Assembly (NCBI GenBank): GCA_965207015.1
Contig: OZ242257.1
Span: 461,253-525,252, forward strand
DNA from: Nitrospirales bacterium
Lineage (GTDB): Bacteria > Nitrospirota > Nitrospiria > Nitrospirales > UBA8639
DNA length: 64,000 nt
Reading direction: 5' to 3'
Shown here piece after piece: positions 9,201-17,932 of the stretch (position 1 is the first letter of the stretch; every line of letters starts with the position of its first letter). The notes under the pieces were generated by a model. That model was given only the letters and a program-made list of their open reading frames with translations. It made no database searches and was not told the DNA's origin. The translations under genes and the position numbers were made by a program.

Positions 9201-10000
9201 AAATCCGAATTTTCCACCGACTTCAAGAAACTCAAGAGCGCCTCGTTAAAGGCGCCGGGGTTTTCCATGTTCGAGAGATGCCCGGCCTGAGGGATACGCA
9301 CAAAGGTCGCGCCGGGGATCTCTTTGGCCATGCTCTCCACTTCCTCGGGCGGCGAGGCGAGGTCCTCTTCGCCGGCCAGCACCAACGTCGGAACGGCAAT
9401 GGTGCTCAACAGCGAAGTGGAATCCGGCCGCTCTTCCATGGCCATGAGATCGCCCGCGATTCCGGACACCTGGTTGCCGGTGATGATCGTACGCACGTGC
9501 TCCCGCAGGTCCGTGCGGTGTTCACATGCAGCCGGACTCAATAATTTGGGCAACATGAGTTCGGCGATAGCCGACGCTCCCCGGCGATACGCGATCTGAG
9601 CCATGGAAAACCGAGCGTCCCTGGCGTCAGGCGTATCGGCTGAGGCCCTGGTATCGGCCAAGACAAGAGCGTGAAACAGTTCGGGGTGCGTTCGATACAG
9701 CGCAAAGAGAATATACCCGCCCATGGACAGGCCCACGAACGTCGCCCGCGCAATACCCAGGTGTTCCAGCAAACCATTGACGTCCTCCGCAAACCGGTCC
9801 AGGGTATAGCGCCACATCGGCGCATCGGATTCGCCGTGCCCGCGCAGATCAATCGTGACAACGCGATGCCGGTCCGATAGTCCGGCCACCTGCGAAGCCC
9901 ACATCGTCCGATTGAGCGGAAACGCGTGGAGAAGAACAACCGGAGGCCCTTGGCCTTCATCGGAATAGGCAAGATTGATGTCGTTAATGCGTGCTTTCAT
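9197..10000 (-). CDS. alpha/beta-fold hydrolase
   Basis: VVLLHAFP ... nucleophile elbow GLSMGG, 267 aa. Confidence 0.85.
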   Translation of the reverse strand: MKARINDINLAYSDEGQGPPVVLLHAFPLNRTMWASQVAGLSDRHRVVTIDLRGHGESDAPMWRYTLDRFAEDVNGLLEHLGIARATFVGLSMGGYILFALYRTHPELFHALVLADTRASADTPDARDARFSMAQIAYRRGASAIAELMLPKLLSPAACEHRTDLREHVRTIITGNQVSGIAGDLMAMEERPDSTSLLSTIAVPTLVLAGEEDLASPPEEVESMAKEIPGATFVRIPQAGHLSNMENPGAFNEALLSFLKSVENSDL

Positions 10001-10012
10001 AGTCAGGGAAGA

Positions 10013-10220
10013 TGTCGGGTTACGCTACGCCTGTCCTGAGCGTAGTCGAAGGGCTAACCCGACCTATGCAAGACTGTCTTTCCTCTTTCTGTCATCCCCG
10101 ACTTGATCGGGGATCCAGGGTCTTTGCTTTGTCTTTATCTGTCATTCTCGACGCTTGTCCCCGACGTTCTTAATCGGGGATCCAGGCGATACCCGAGAAT
10201 CCAGAGTCTTTGCTTTTTCC
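10013..10220. repeat. repeat cluster: one REP-C copy followed by REP-A copies
   Basis: GTCGGGTTACGC...GCTAACCCGAC (REP-C), then GTCATCCCCGACTTGATCGGGGATCCAGGGTCTTTG and nested variants. Confidence 0.85.
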
Positions 10221-10335
10221 TCGGACGAGATGTGCTTATTTTACCGCGACGAAATACATCCAGTACCCGTCATTTCATTTGCACCGGGTTTCAATGGCGT
10301 TATAGCATGCCAATAACGTAGGCTTCAGGAAAAAC

Positions 10336-11640
10336 GTGATGTCCGACGAGACTCCACCTGACCTGTTCTCTACCGCTCCACGGCCGAATCCTAAGTCAAA
10401 ACGCACACCGGCGCAAATCGCGTCCGCTCCGCTGGCCGAGCGGCTTCGTCCCCAAACGTTCGACGAATTCGTCGGCCAGGACCACGTGCTCGCCGGGCAT
10501 CAATCGCTCCGGCAGGCGATCGACAACGACCGGGTTCCGTCGCTGATTCTGTGGGGGCCGCCCGGGTCCGGGAAAACCACGCTGGCCCACATCATCGCCC
10601 AAAAGACGAAAGCGGCATTCGTGGCGTTTTCCGCGGTGGTCAGCGGCGTGCCCGAGTTGCGAGGGATCATCAAGGAAGCCGTGCAGCGGCGTCGCATTCA
10701 TGACCAGTCCACGATTCTGTTCGTGGATGAAATTCACCGGTTCAACAAAGCGCAGCAGGACGCCTTTCTGCCCCACGTCGAGAAGGGGGAGATCGTTCTC
10801 ATCGGCGCGACCACACAGAACCCGTCCTTTGAGGTCATTGCCCCGCTCCTGTCCCGGTCTATGGTCGTGACGCTCAATGCGTTGGAGGATGAAGCGATGG
10901 GCATGATCCTGGACCGGGCCTTGAACGACGGCGAGCGCGGGCTGGAAAAATCCAAGGCAACCCTGACCGACGAGGCGCGGCAATACGTGATCCGGTACGG
11001 GAACGGCGACGCCCGGTCAATGCTGACGGCTCTGGAATACGTGGTCCGGCAGGCGGCTCCCTCCGCCGATAAGCCGACCACCCTGGATCGTCCGCAACTG
11101 GAGGAAATCCTTCAGCAACGCGTGAGATACGACAAGGACGGCGAAGAGCATTACAACCTGATCTCCGCCTACATCAAGAGCATGCGGGATTCCGATGCCG
11201 ATGCCGCGTTGTATTGGTTGGCCCGGATGCTGGAAGGCGGGGAAGATCCCAAGTTCATCGCGCGGCGCATGGTCATCTTCGCCTCGGAAGACGTGGGCAA
11301 CGCCGAGCCCATGGCCGTGGTCGTGGCCACCTCGATTTTCCACGCCGTGGAAATGATCGGGCTGCCCGAAGCCCAAATCAATTTGGCGCAGGGCACCACG
11401 TACTTGGCGTCCTGCCCCAAGAGCAACGCGTCCTACGCCGGGCTGATCGAAGCGCGAAAGGATGCCAAGGCGTTCGGCAACCTGCCCGTCCCCTTGCATT
11501 TACGGAACGCTGTGACGTCGCTGATGAAAGACCTGGGATATGGGAAAGGGTATCGCTACGTCCATCACGATCAAAAGGCCCGAACCGAACAGACCCATCT
11601 GCCGAAAGAACTGGACAAGAAAAAGTATTACCGGCCCTGA
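10336..11640 (+). CDS. rarA: replication-associated recombination protein A (AAA+ ATPase)
   Basis: LWGPPGSGKTTLA Walker A, FVDEIHRFNK, C-terminal MgsA domain. Confidence 0.9.
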   Translation: MMSDETPPDLFSTAPRPNPKSKRTPAQIASAPLAERLRPQTFDEFVGQDHVLAGHQSLRQAIDNDRVPSLILWGPPGSGKTTLAHIIAQKTKAAFVAFSAVVSGVPELRGIIKEAVQRRRIHDQSTILFVDEIHRFNKAQQDAFLPHVEKGEIVLIGATTQNPSFEVIAPLLSRSMVVTLNALEDEAMGMILDRALNDGERGLEKSKATLTDEARQYVIRYGNGDARSMLTALEYVVRQAAPSADKPTTLDRPQLEEILQQRVRYDKDGEEHYNLISAYIKSMRDSDADAALYWLARMLEGGEDPKFIARRMVIFASEDVGNAEPMAVVVATSIFHAVEMIGLPEAQINLAQGTTYLASCPKSNASYAGLIEARKDAKAFGNLPVPLHLRNAVTSLMKDLGYGKGYRYVHHDQKARTEQTHLPKELDKKKYYRP

Positions 11641-11645
11641 ATGCT

Positions 11646-13487
11646 CTACCCCACCTTCGCCAGTTGATCCTTGAGTTCCGCGAGTTCGGTGGACAAGGTT
11701 GACCACCGGTTGGTCAGGGCGTCCAGTTCCTCTTTCCAGCGTTCATGTTCCTGATGCAACTCGTTCCATCGGGGAAAATCTCCGTAGAGTTCCGGCGTTG
11801 CGAGTTCTTCCGTCCGGGCTTTGATCCGGTCTTCCAGGGCCGTAATGTCCTCTTCCGACCGGGCGACCTGTTTCTCCAGCCGGTTGATCGTTTTGGTCAT
11901 GTCGCGGCGAGTGAGTTTCTTCGACGGGGGGATTGCCTCAGCCGTGGGGGCGAGTTTCCGGGATTTTTGGCTTTTGGGTCCGGTGCGCGTCCGGGTTTCT
12001 TCCTGCGCTTTCAAGGTCTCGAATTCCTGTGACCGCTTCCACAAATAATATTCATAATCGCCCAGGTAATCCTTGACGCGGCCGTCTTCGATCTCCACGA
12101 CACGCGTCGCGACGCGGCTCAGAAACACCGGATCATGGGAGATGAACACGATCGTGCCTTGAAAGTCGATGAGCGCATCGGTAAGCACGTCCACGGAGAC
12201 CGGGTCCAGGTGATTCGTGGGCTCGTCTAACAGGAGCGTGTTCGCCGGTTCCACGAGCATGCGAGCCAGGGCCACCCGGTTGCGTTCCCCGCCGCTCAGG
12301 GCCTTGATCGGTTTTTTCTGATCCTGTCCGGAAAACAGGAAGACCCCGGCCGTGCTTCGCAAATAATTCGTCTCGGCTTGCGGCGCGGCTTCAGTCAGGG
12401 ACTCCAGGATCGAATGTTCGGGGTTCAAAATGTCGGCCTGGTGCTGGGCGAAATAATGCAGTGTCACGCCGTGGCCTTCCTGCCGCGTGCCGGCCTCGAA
12501 CGGCAACACGCCGGCGAGCATTTTCAACAGGGTGCTTTTCCCCGCGCCGTTCTCGCCGACCAACGCGACCCGTTGTCCGCAGTCCACGGAAAAGTGCAAC
12601 CCCTCATAGACGACGTTGTCGCCGTATTGTTTGCGAACGTCGTGCAGTTCCAACACCCGGATCCCGCTCTTCGCGGGTTGTGGAAACTTGAACCGGAGCC
12701 GTTTGGGGTCACGCTGGGTTTCCAGGAGTTTGATTTTTTCCAACTGTTTGATGCGCGACTGCACCTGTTTGGCTTTGGTCGCCTTATACCGGAATCGATC
12801 CACAAATTTTTGAACGCGTGCGACCTCCTTGGCCTGACGTTGGGCGGCCGCGGCTTGTTGCGTATCGAGCTGAGCCCGCTGTGTCTGGAAGGTTTGGTAA
12901 TTGCCGCGATATTCCTGGATCTGACGATGACGGATTTCCCAGATGTGCGTGGTCATCCGGTCGAGGAATTTCGTATCATGGCTGATGATCAGCATGGTCA
13001 TGTTCGAGGCGAGCAGGAAGGCTTCGAACCAGGCTTGCGTGGGTTTGTCCAGGTGGTTCGTGGGCTCGTCCAGCAGCAGCACGTCGGGGTTGGTCAGTAG
13101 CAGATGCCCGAGAGCCACCCGCATGCGATAGCCGCCCGAATAGGTGTGCAGGGGTCGATGCCAGTCCGCCTCGCCGAACCCGAGGCCCGACAAAATCCGT
13201 TTGGCTTCATGTTCGGGATATTGCTCGCGATGAGCCGCCTGCAACACGGTCAGGTCCGTGGGAGCGTCGAGTTCCTGGGGAAGATAGCCGATACGGAGCC
13301 AGGGCCGTTTGCGAATGGTCCCGTCGTCGGGCGAATCCTCGCCGATGATCATCCGGAGCAGGGTGGTTTTCCCCGTGCCGTTTCGGCCCACGAGGCCGAC
13401 CCGGGCTTCCGGACGCAGGTGGGCCGACGCCTCGGAAAAAAGCGTCTTCGTCGGGTACTGTTTGGTCAAGGATTCAATGTGAATCAT
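11646..13487 (-). CDS. ABC-F family ATPase (two ABC domains plus C-terminal coiled coil)
   Basis: Two Walker A motifs (GRNGTGKTT, GENGAGKST), two LSGG signatures, no transmembrane domain, 613 aa. Confidence 0.9.
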   Translation of the reverse strand: MIHIESLTKQYPTKTLFSEASAHLRPEARVGLVGRNGTGKTTLLRMIIGEDSPDDGTIRKRPWLRIGYLPQELDAPTDLTVLQAAHREQYPEHEAKRILSGLGFGEADWHRPLHTYSGGYRMRVALGHLLLTNPDVLLLDEPTNHLDKPTQAWFEAFLLASNMTMLIISHDTKFLDRMTTHIWEIRHRQIQEYRGNYQTFQTQRAQLDTQQAAAAQRQAKEVARVQKFVDRFRYKATKAKQVQSRIKQLEKIKLLETQRDPKRLRFKFPQPAKSGIRVLELHDVRKQYGDNVVYEGLHFSVDCGQRVALVGENGAGKSTLLKMLAGVLPFEAGTRQEGHGVTLHYFAQHQADILNPEHSILESLTEAAPQAETNYLRSTAGVFLFSGQDQKKPIKALSGGERNRVALARMLVEPANTLLLDEPTNHLDPVSVDVLTDALIDFQGTIVFISHDPVFLSRVATRVVEIEDGRVKDYLGDYEYYLWKRSQEFETLKAQEETRTRTGPKSQKSRKLAPTAEAIPPSKKLTRRDMTKTINRLEKQVARSEEDITALEDRIKARTEELATPELYGDFPRWNELHQEHERWKEELDALTNRWSTLSTELAELKDQLAKVG

Positions 13488-13580
13488 CGTTCAATCCGGC
13501 ATTCCGAACATCGGCTTGGGCTTCAAAACCGGGAGAAAAAATACGGGAAAGCGAGGCGGGATCCGATCACTACGAGGAGT

Positions 13581-13656
13581 TGGTGGAGCTGGCCGGGATT
13601 GAACCGGCGACCTCGTGAATGCCATTCACGCGCGCTCCCAACTGCGCCACAGCCCC
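13581..13656 (-). tRNA. tRNA-Ala (anticodon GGC), CCA encoded
   Basis: Hand-folded cloverleaf: acceptor GGGGCTG/CAGCTCC with the G3:U70 alanine identity pair, anticodon loop ATGGCAT, TTCAATC T-loop. Confidence 0.9.
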
Positions 13657-13805
13657 ACTCAGCAGTGTTTTCGGAAAGAACAGACAACAAGCAGGGAATC
13701 TAACATGCAGGTCAGGATCGGTCAAGGTTGCGGGTGCGGTCGGTCTCTCGTTCTGTACCAACCATGCATAAAAAATAAAGTGGCAACCGGACGGCACACT
13801 TTGAT

Positions 13806-15233
13806 ATGAAGAAAGGCATGAGCGACGTCAGAGTTCGTTTTGCGCCCAGTCCCACGGGGTATCTCCACATCGGAGGTCTGCGGACGGCTTTGTTCAACTG
13901 GTTGTTCGCACGACGGCATGGCGGCACATTCATTTTGCGGATTGAAGACACGGATCGCGACCGGTCAACCGACGCCGCCATCGAGGCGATTCTGGATGGA
14001 CTGCGCTGGGCCGGACTGGATTGGGATGAGGGCCCGCATCGTCAAAGTGACCGGTTGGATCTCTACCGGCAAAAAGCCATGGAACTGCTCGACCGGGGGC
14101 AGGCCTATTGGTGCGTGTGTACGCCGGAAGAACTCGAAGCGCGCAGGAAGGAAGCCCAGGCCAAAGGGGAATCCGTTAAATACGATTGCCGGTGTCGGGA
14201 GCGAAGCCTGACCGCTCCCACGGAACCCGCGGCGCTCAGGTTTCGATCCCCGCAAGAAGGGCAAACCGTTGTCGAGGACCTGATCAAAGGCGCCATCACG
14301 TTCGACAACGCCGTCCTGGACGACCTCATCATTCTTCGGTCGAACGGCTATCCCACGTACAATTTGTCCGTGGTGATCGATGACGCCCTCATGGGGATCA
14401 CGCACGTGATTCGCGGTGACGATCACGTCAACAACACCCCGCGCCAAGTGTCCCTGTTCGAAGCGTTGGAGTATCCGGTGCCCAAGTTTGCCCACGTGCC
14501 GATGATTTTGGGTGAAGATAAATCCAGACTGTCCAAACGACACGGCGCGACGTCGGTGCTGGCGTATCAGGAAATGGGATATTTGCCGCAAGCCCTGGTG
14601 AACTACCTGGTCAGGCTGGGATGGTCACACGGTGACCAGGAAATCTTTTCGATTCGGGAGATGATCGAAAAATTTTCATTTGACCACGTGCAATCGTCCG
14701 CCGCGGTGTTCAACCCGGAAAAATTGCAGTGGCTCAACGCGGAATACATCAAACAAGGTGACCCCGGGCACCTCGCGGAACTGTTAGGTCCCTTTTTGGA
14801 AAAGCAGGGATACGACCCGAACGGAGTCGTTCAGCCACGCGGTGGCATTGAGGCGGTGGTCCCGCACCTGCGCGAGCGCGCCAAAACGCTGGTCGAAATG
14901 GCGGACTGGACCATGCCCTATGTGACGGAACCCGTGGCGATGGACGAAGCCGCGGCCGGCAAGTTTCTCACCCCCGCAATTGCGCCCAGTCTGCACACAT
15001 TCGCCGAACGGGTGAAGACGGTCGAGCCCTTTTCCAAAGAGACGCTCGAACCCGTGGTGCACACCATCCTGGAGGAAGAGCGGTTGAAGATGGGGAAATT
15101 CGCCCAACCTCTTCGCGTCGCTCTCACCGGAAGAACCTTCAGCCCGGGCATTTATGAAGTTATGGAATTACTGGGCAGGGACCAGACCCTCAAACGCCTT
15201 GAACAGGCTCTGAGGCGAATCGGTTCGCAATAG
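13806..15233 (+). CDS. gltX: glutamate--tRNA ligase
   Basis: RFAPSPTGYLHIGG (HIGH) and KLSKR motifs, 475 aa. Confidence 0.95.
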   Translation: MKKGMSDVRVRFAPSPTGYLHIGGLRTALFNWLFARRHGGTFILRIEDTDRDRSTDAAIEAILDGLRWAGLDWDEGPHRQSDRLDLYRQKAMELLDRGQAYWCVCTPEELEARRKEAQAKGESVKYDCRCRERSLTAPTEPAALRFRSPQEGQTVVEDLIKGAITFDNAVLDDLIILRSNGYPTYNLSVVIDDALMGITHVIRGDDHVNNTPRQVSLFEALEYPVPKFAHVPMILGEDKSRLSKRHGATSVLAYQEMGYLPQALVNYLVRLGWSHGDQEIFSIREMIEKFSFDHVQSSAAVFNPEKLQWLNAEYIKQGDPGHLAELLGPFLEKQGYDPNGVVQPRGGIEAVVPHLRERAKTLVEMADWTMPYVTEPVAMDEAAAGKFLTPAIAPSLHTFAERVKTVEPFSKETLEPVVHTILEEERLKMGKFAQPLRVALTGRTFSPGIYEVMELLGRDQTLKRLEQALRRIGSQ

Positions 15234-15246
15234 AAAAACGCCTGCG

Positions 15247-15921
15247 TCAGGCCACGCAACTTGTGGTGTCTGAATAAAGTTGGTCGCGACGAACGTCTGA
15301 GGCGAGGGAAGGGGCTGCCTGATCGCCAGGGGGTAAAAGGCCCTCTGCCTGCTTGGCGATTGACTCCAGCAAGAGTTTCTCGGGGCGGCTGCGGGAGAGC
15401 ACAACCAACCCGATGAGCAGACTCAGCAAGGCGCGCGCGGTGGAGGTTGGCACGACCGATTTATCAATTTCCCCCATGGCTCGGCCCTTTTCGATCATTT
15501 TGCGGAAGAATTTTTGCTCCATGTGGGTGAAAGCTTCTCTGACAACCTCGGCCACTTCCGGGTCGTGAGGCGCCAATTCCAGAGCCGTATTGATCAAAAA
15601 GCAGCCATTGCGCGACCCATGCTTCACCACCTCAGTGACCGCATCCTGGAACAGGCCGAGAATGGCTTGACGGGGCGACGGCAATTGCATCCGCCTCGCG
15701 ACATCGGCGCGGCGGCAGACGATGTCGTATCGGCGCAAGGTCTCGAGGAAGAGAGAGTGCTTATCGCCAAACGCGTTATACAGGCTGGCTCGTTGGATCT
15801 CCATGCAGTCGAGGAGGTCGTTCAGGGACGTCGCTTCATAGCCACGTTTCCAAAAGGCTTTCATTGCCCTGTCCAAGACGAGATCGACGTTAAATTCTTT
15901 TTTCCTGGGCACGACTATCAC
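15247..15921 (-). CDS. TetR/AcrR family transcriptional regulator (paralog 1)
   Basis: N-terminal HTH (AFWKRGYEATSLNDLLDCMEIQRASLYNAFGDK). Confidence 0.85.
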   Translation of the reverse strand: MIVVPRKKEFNVDLVLDRAMKAFWKRGYEATSLNDLLDCMEIQRASLYNAFGDKHSLFLETLRRYDIVCRRADVARRMQLPSPRQAILGLFQDAVTEVVKHGSRNGCFLINTALELAPHDPEVAEVVREAFTHMEQKFFRKMIEKGRAMGEIDKSVVPTSTARALLSLLIGLVVLSRSRPEKLLLESIAKQAEGLLPPGDQAAPSLASDVRRDQLYSDTTSCVA

Positions 15922-16065
15922 CGTAATATTAAAAATGACAGCACAAAGTGCAAACTATAAACATAAGTGACACATAATTACAAGCAAACTGGAATGATTA
16001 TTCTGAAACGATTAGTCTTGAATAATAAAAATGACGGCACAAATGACCAATTGTAGGTGCAAGGG

Positions 16066-16695
16066 TCACATAATCGGAGGTTGGATAAGGGAAGGGGGTT
16101 GGGCTGCCTTATCGCCGGGGGGTAAAAGGGCTTCCGCTTGTTTCGCGATCGACTGCAGCAAATTTTTTTCAGGTCGGCTGCGGGAGAGCACCCGCAATCC
16201 GATACACAAACTCAGCAAGGCGCGCGCAGTCGGGGCTGCCACCACCGACTTGGCAATCTCGCCGTTGTCTCGGCCCTTATCGATCATTTTTCGGAAGAAG
16301 CGTTCTCTCTTCTCGAAGGCTTGACCAACGAGTTTCGCGACGTCTTTGTCGTGCGGCGATAGCTCCAAGGCCGTATTGACCAGAAAACATCCCTCGCGTG
16401 CCCCATCGTTCACCACTGCGGTGATAATTTCCTGGAATAGGCGGAGGATGGCTTGGCGGGGCGAATGCGCTTTGGCTATCGCCAGGAATTCGTCTTGGCG
16501 GGCGACTTCATATCGACGTAAGGTCTCGAGAAAGAGCGTGCGCTTATCGCCGAACGCGTTGTACAAACTGGCGCGCTGGATCTGCATGCAGTCCAGGAGA
16601 TCGTTCAAGGATGTGGCCTCATACCCTCGGCTCCAGAAGGCAGTCATAGCCTTGTCTAAGACCATGTCGACGTCGAATTCTTTTTTTCTGGGCAT
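16066..16695 (-). CDS. TetR/AcrR family transcriptional regulator (paralog 2)
   Basis: Highly similar to paralog 1 along its whole length. Start taken at MPRKKEF. Confidence 0.85.
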   Translation of the reverse strand: MPRKKEFDVDMVLDKAMTAFWSRGYEATSLNDLLDCMQIQRASLYNAFGDKRTLFLETLRRYEVARQDEFLAIAKAHSPRQAILRLFQEIITAVVNDGAREGCFLVNTALELSPHDKDVAKLVGQAFEKRERFFRKMIDKGRDNGEIAKSVVAAPTARALLSLCIGLRVLSRSRPEKNLLQSIAKQAEALLPPGDKAAQPPSLIQPPIM

Positions 16696-16868
16696 GGTAG
16701 GCCACCTTGGGAGAGGTGCACACAAGCAACACTATCTGAAAACACCATGACTCGCAAGCATGTTGGAATAAGCATAAGAAGGCTTAAGGGCTCAATGATC
16801 GTGAAGTTTGCGGATTCGGATCAGATCTTGACTCCCGGAAAAGACTCCGTTTAAGCTTTTTGACGGCT

Positions 16869-16942
16869 TGGGGGATCGTCTAAGGGTAGGACATCAGATT
16901 CTGGATCTGAGCGTGAGGGTTCGAATCCTTCTCCCCCAGCCA
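16869..16942 (+). tRNA. tRNA-Gln (anticodon CUG), CCA encoded
   Basis: Hand-folded: acceptor TGGGGGA/TCCCCCA with the U1:A72 pair typical of bacterial tRNA-Gln, anticodon loop TTCTGGA. Confidence 0.9.
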
Positions 16943-17062
16943 ATCTTCGCCGAAATTACCAGGTCAACGTTAATGACGCGTGACCGCGCTCTTCACCGTA
17001 GCGGGCAAGCCTCATGGGAGGCCTTGACACCTCCGGTCATTTTTCCTAGGTTTCGTCCGGTG

Positions 17063-17443
17063 ATGGCAACGACGATCAAACGCTTCGCTTTCTCGCTCTG
17101 TCTTCTCCTGACCCTGACGGTGCTGCTCGTCCCGGTTCACGGCTTTGGGTACCAAAGCGAGGTTGACTGGATGTGGAACGATACGAAACCCACGTCCAAG
17201 GGACGGTGCAAAACGTTTGTGGTCAAAGCCGGGCCTCCGAAGATTGTGCGGGGGACCGTCTCGGGTCGCACGTGCCTGACCCACGCCATTCAGGCCTATC
17301 GCAAAGGCGACCATGAAAAAGCATTCGGCTGGATCCTGGCGGGTCAATGCCATGATCGCGACGCCCGGGAAACCTTGATCAAGAACGCGCCGCACGTGCT
17401 GAAATACCTGCTCGAGCAGTACGGACCACACGTGTCCGAGTAA
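17063..17443 (+). CDS. small secreted hypothetical protein
   Basis: The internal Met gives the signal-peptide-like MATTIKRFAFSLCLLLTLTVLLVPVHG. The upstream part of the ORF overlaps tRNA-Gln. Confidence 0.5.
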   Translation: MATTIKRFAFSLCLLLTLTVLLVPVHGFGYQSEVDWMWNDTKPTSKGRCKTFVVKAGPPKIVRGTVSGRTCLTHAIQAYRKGDHEKAFGWILAGQCHDRDARETLIKNAPHVLKYLLEQYGPHVSE

Positions 17444-17478
17444 CGTGAAATTCTCTCGGCTACCCCGACCTGCTATTT

Positions 17479-17580
17479 CTGTCATCCTCGACGTTTGTAA
17501 TCGAGGATCCAGGGTTTTTGTTTTTTCCTGCCTTTGTGAGGAGAACGACACTGGATCCTCGCTTTCGCAAGGATGACAGC
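17479..17580. repeat. REP-A copies (direct plus inverted variant)
   Basis: GTCATCCTCGACGTTTGTAATCGAGGATCCAGGG and CTGGATCCTCGCTTTCGCAAGGATGACAG. Confidence 0.85.
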
Positions 17581-17607
17581 AGGGGAAGGGCAAAGATGAC
17601 AGTTTTT

Positions 17608-17876
17608 CGTAGGTCGGATTAGCGGAGCGTAATCCGACATGGAGCCGGACCGCCGCGTGAAGAACGGAATCCGGGAGGGGCGATGATGGATGACCAATAT
17701 TTGTTTTATGGCGCGTTGTTGCTGATCGTCGGGGTGATCGGCTTGTGGGTGTTGCTCAAGGGCAAGAAACCTTATTAGTTTTGCGTAGGTCGGATTAGCG
17801 GAGCGTAATCCGACATGGAGCATCGACCGTTGCGCGGGTTGATTGTCGGGTTACGCCTGCGGCTAACCCGACCTAC
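17608..17876. repeat. REP-C copies: perfect 37-nt direct repeat pair (17608-17644 and 17784-17820) plus a third copy (17843-17876)
   Basis: CGTAGGTCGGATTAGCGGAGCGTAATCCGACATGGAG occurs twice identically. It has an internal hairpin, GTCGGATTA...TAATCCGAC. Confidence 0.9.
17683..17778 (+). CDS. candidate 31-aa hydrophobic peptide (MMDDQYLFYGALLLIVGVIGLWVLLKGKKPY)
   Basis: Below the cutoff of the ORF track. GGGAGGGG Shine-Dalgarno 4-11 nt upstream. One predicted TM helix with a Lys-rich tail. Confidence 0.3.
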   Translation: MMDDQYLFYGALLLIVGVIGLWVLLKGKKPY

Positions 17877-17932
17877 TCGCTTGCCTTGAATCGTCGCAGC
17901 AGCATCGTAATGGAATAGAAAGACTCCTGAGC

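Noticed and set aside
16868-17062. The 5' part of ORF 16868..17443, and the extended N-termini of ORFs 7487, 7900, 8411, 19761..20720, 38774..39553, 44955, 46232 and 63451.
   Set aside because: The upstream extensions overlap tRNA-Gln or neighbouring genes, or translate repeats. Internal Mets give canonical family N-termini, often with SD sequences or ATGA/TGATG coupling, so the starts were moved.
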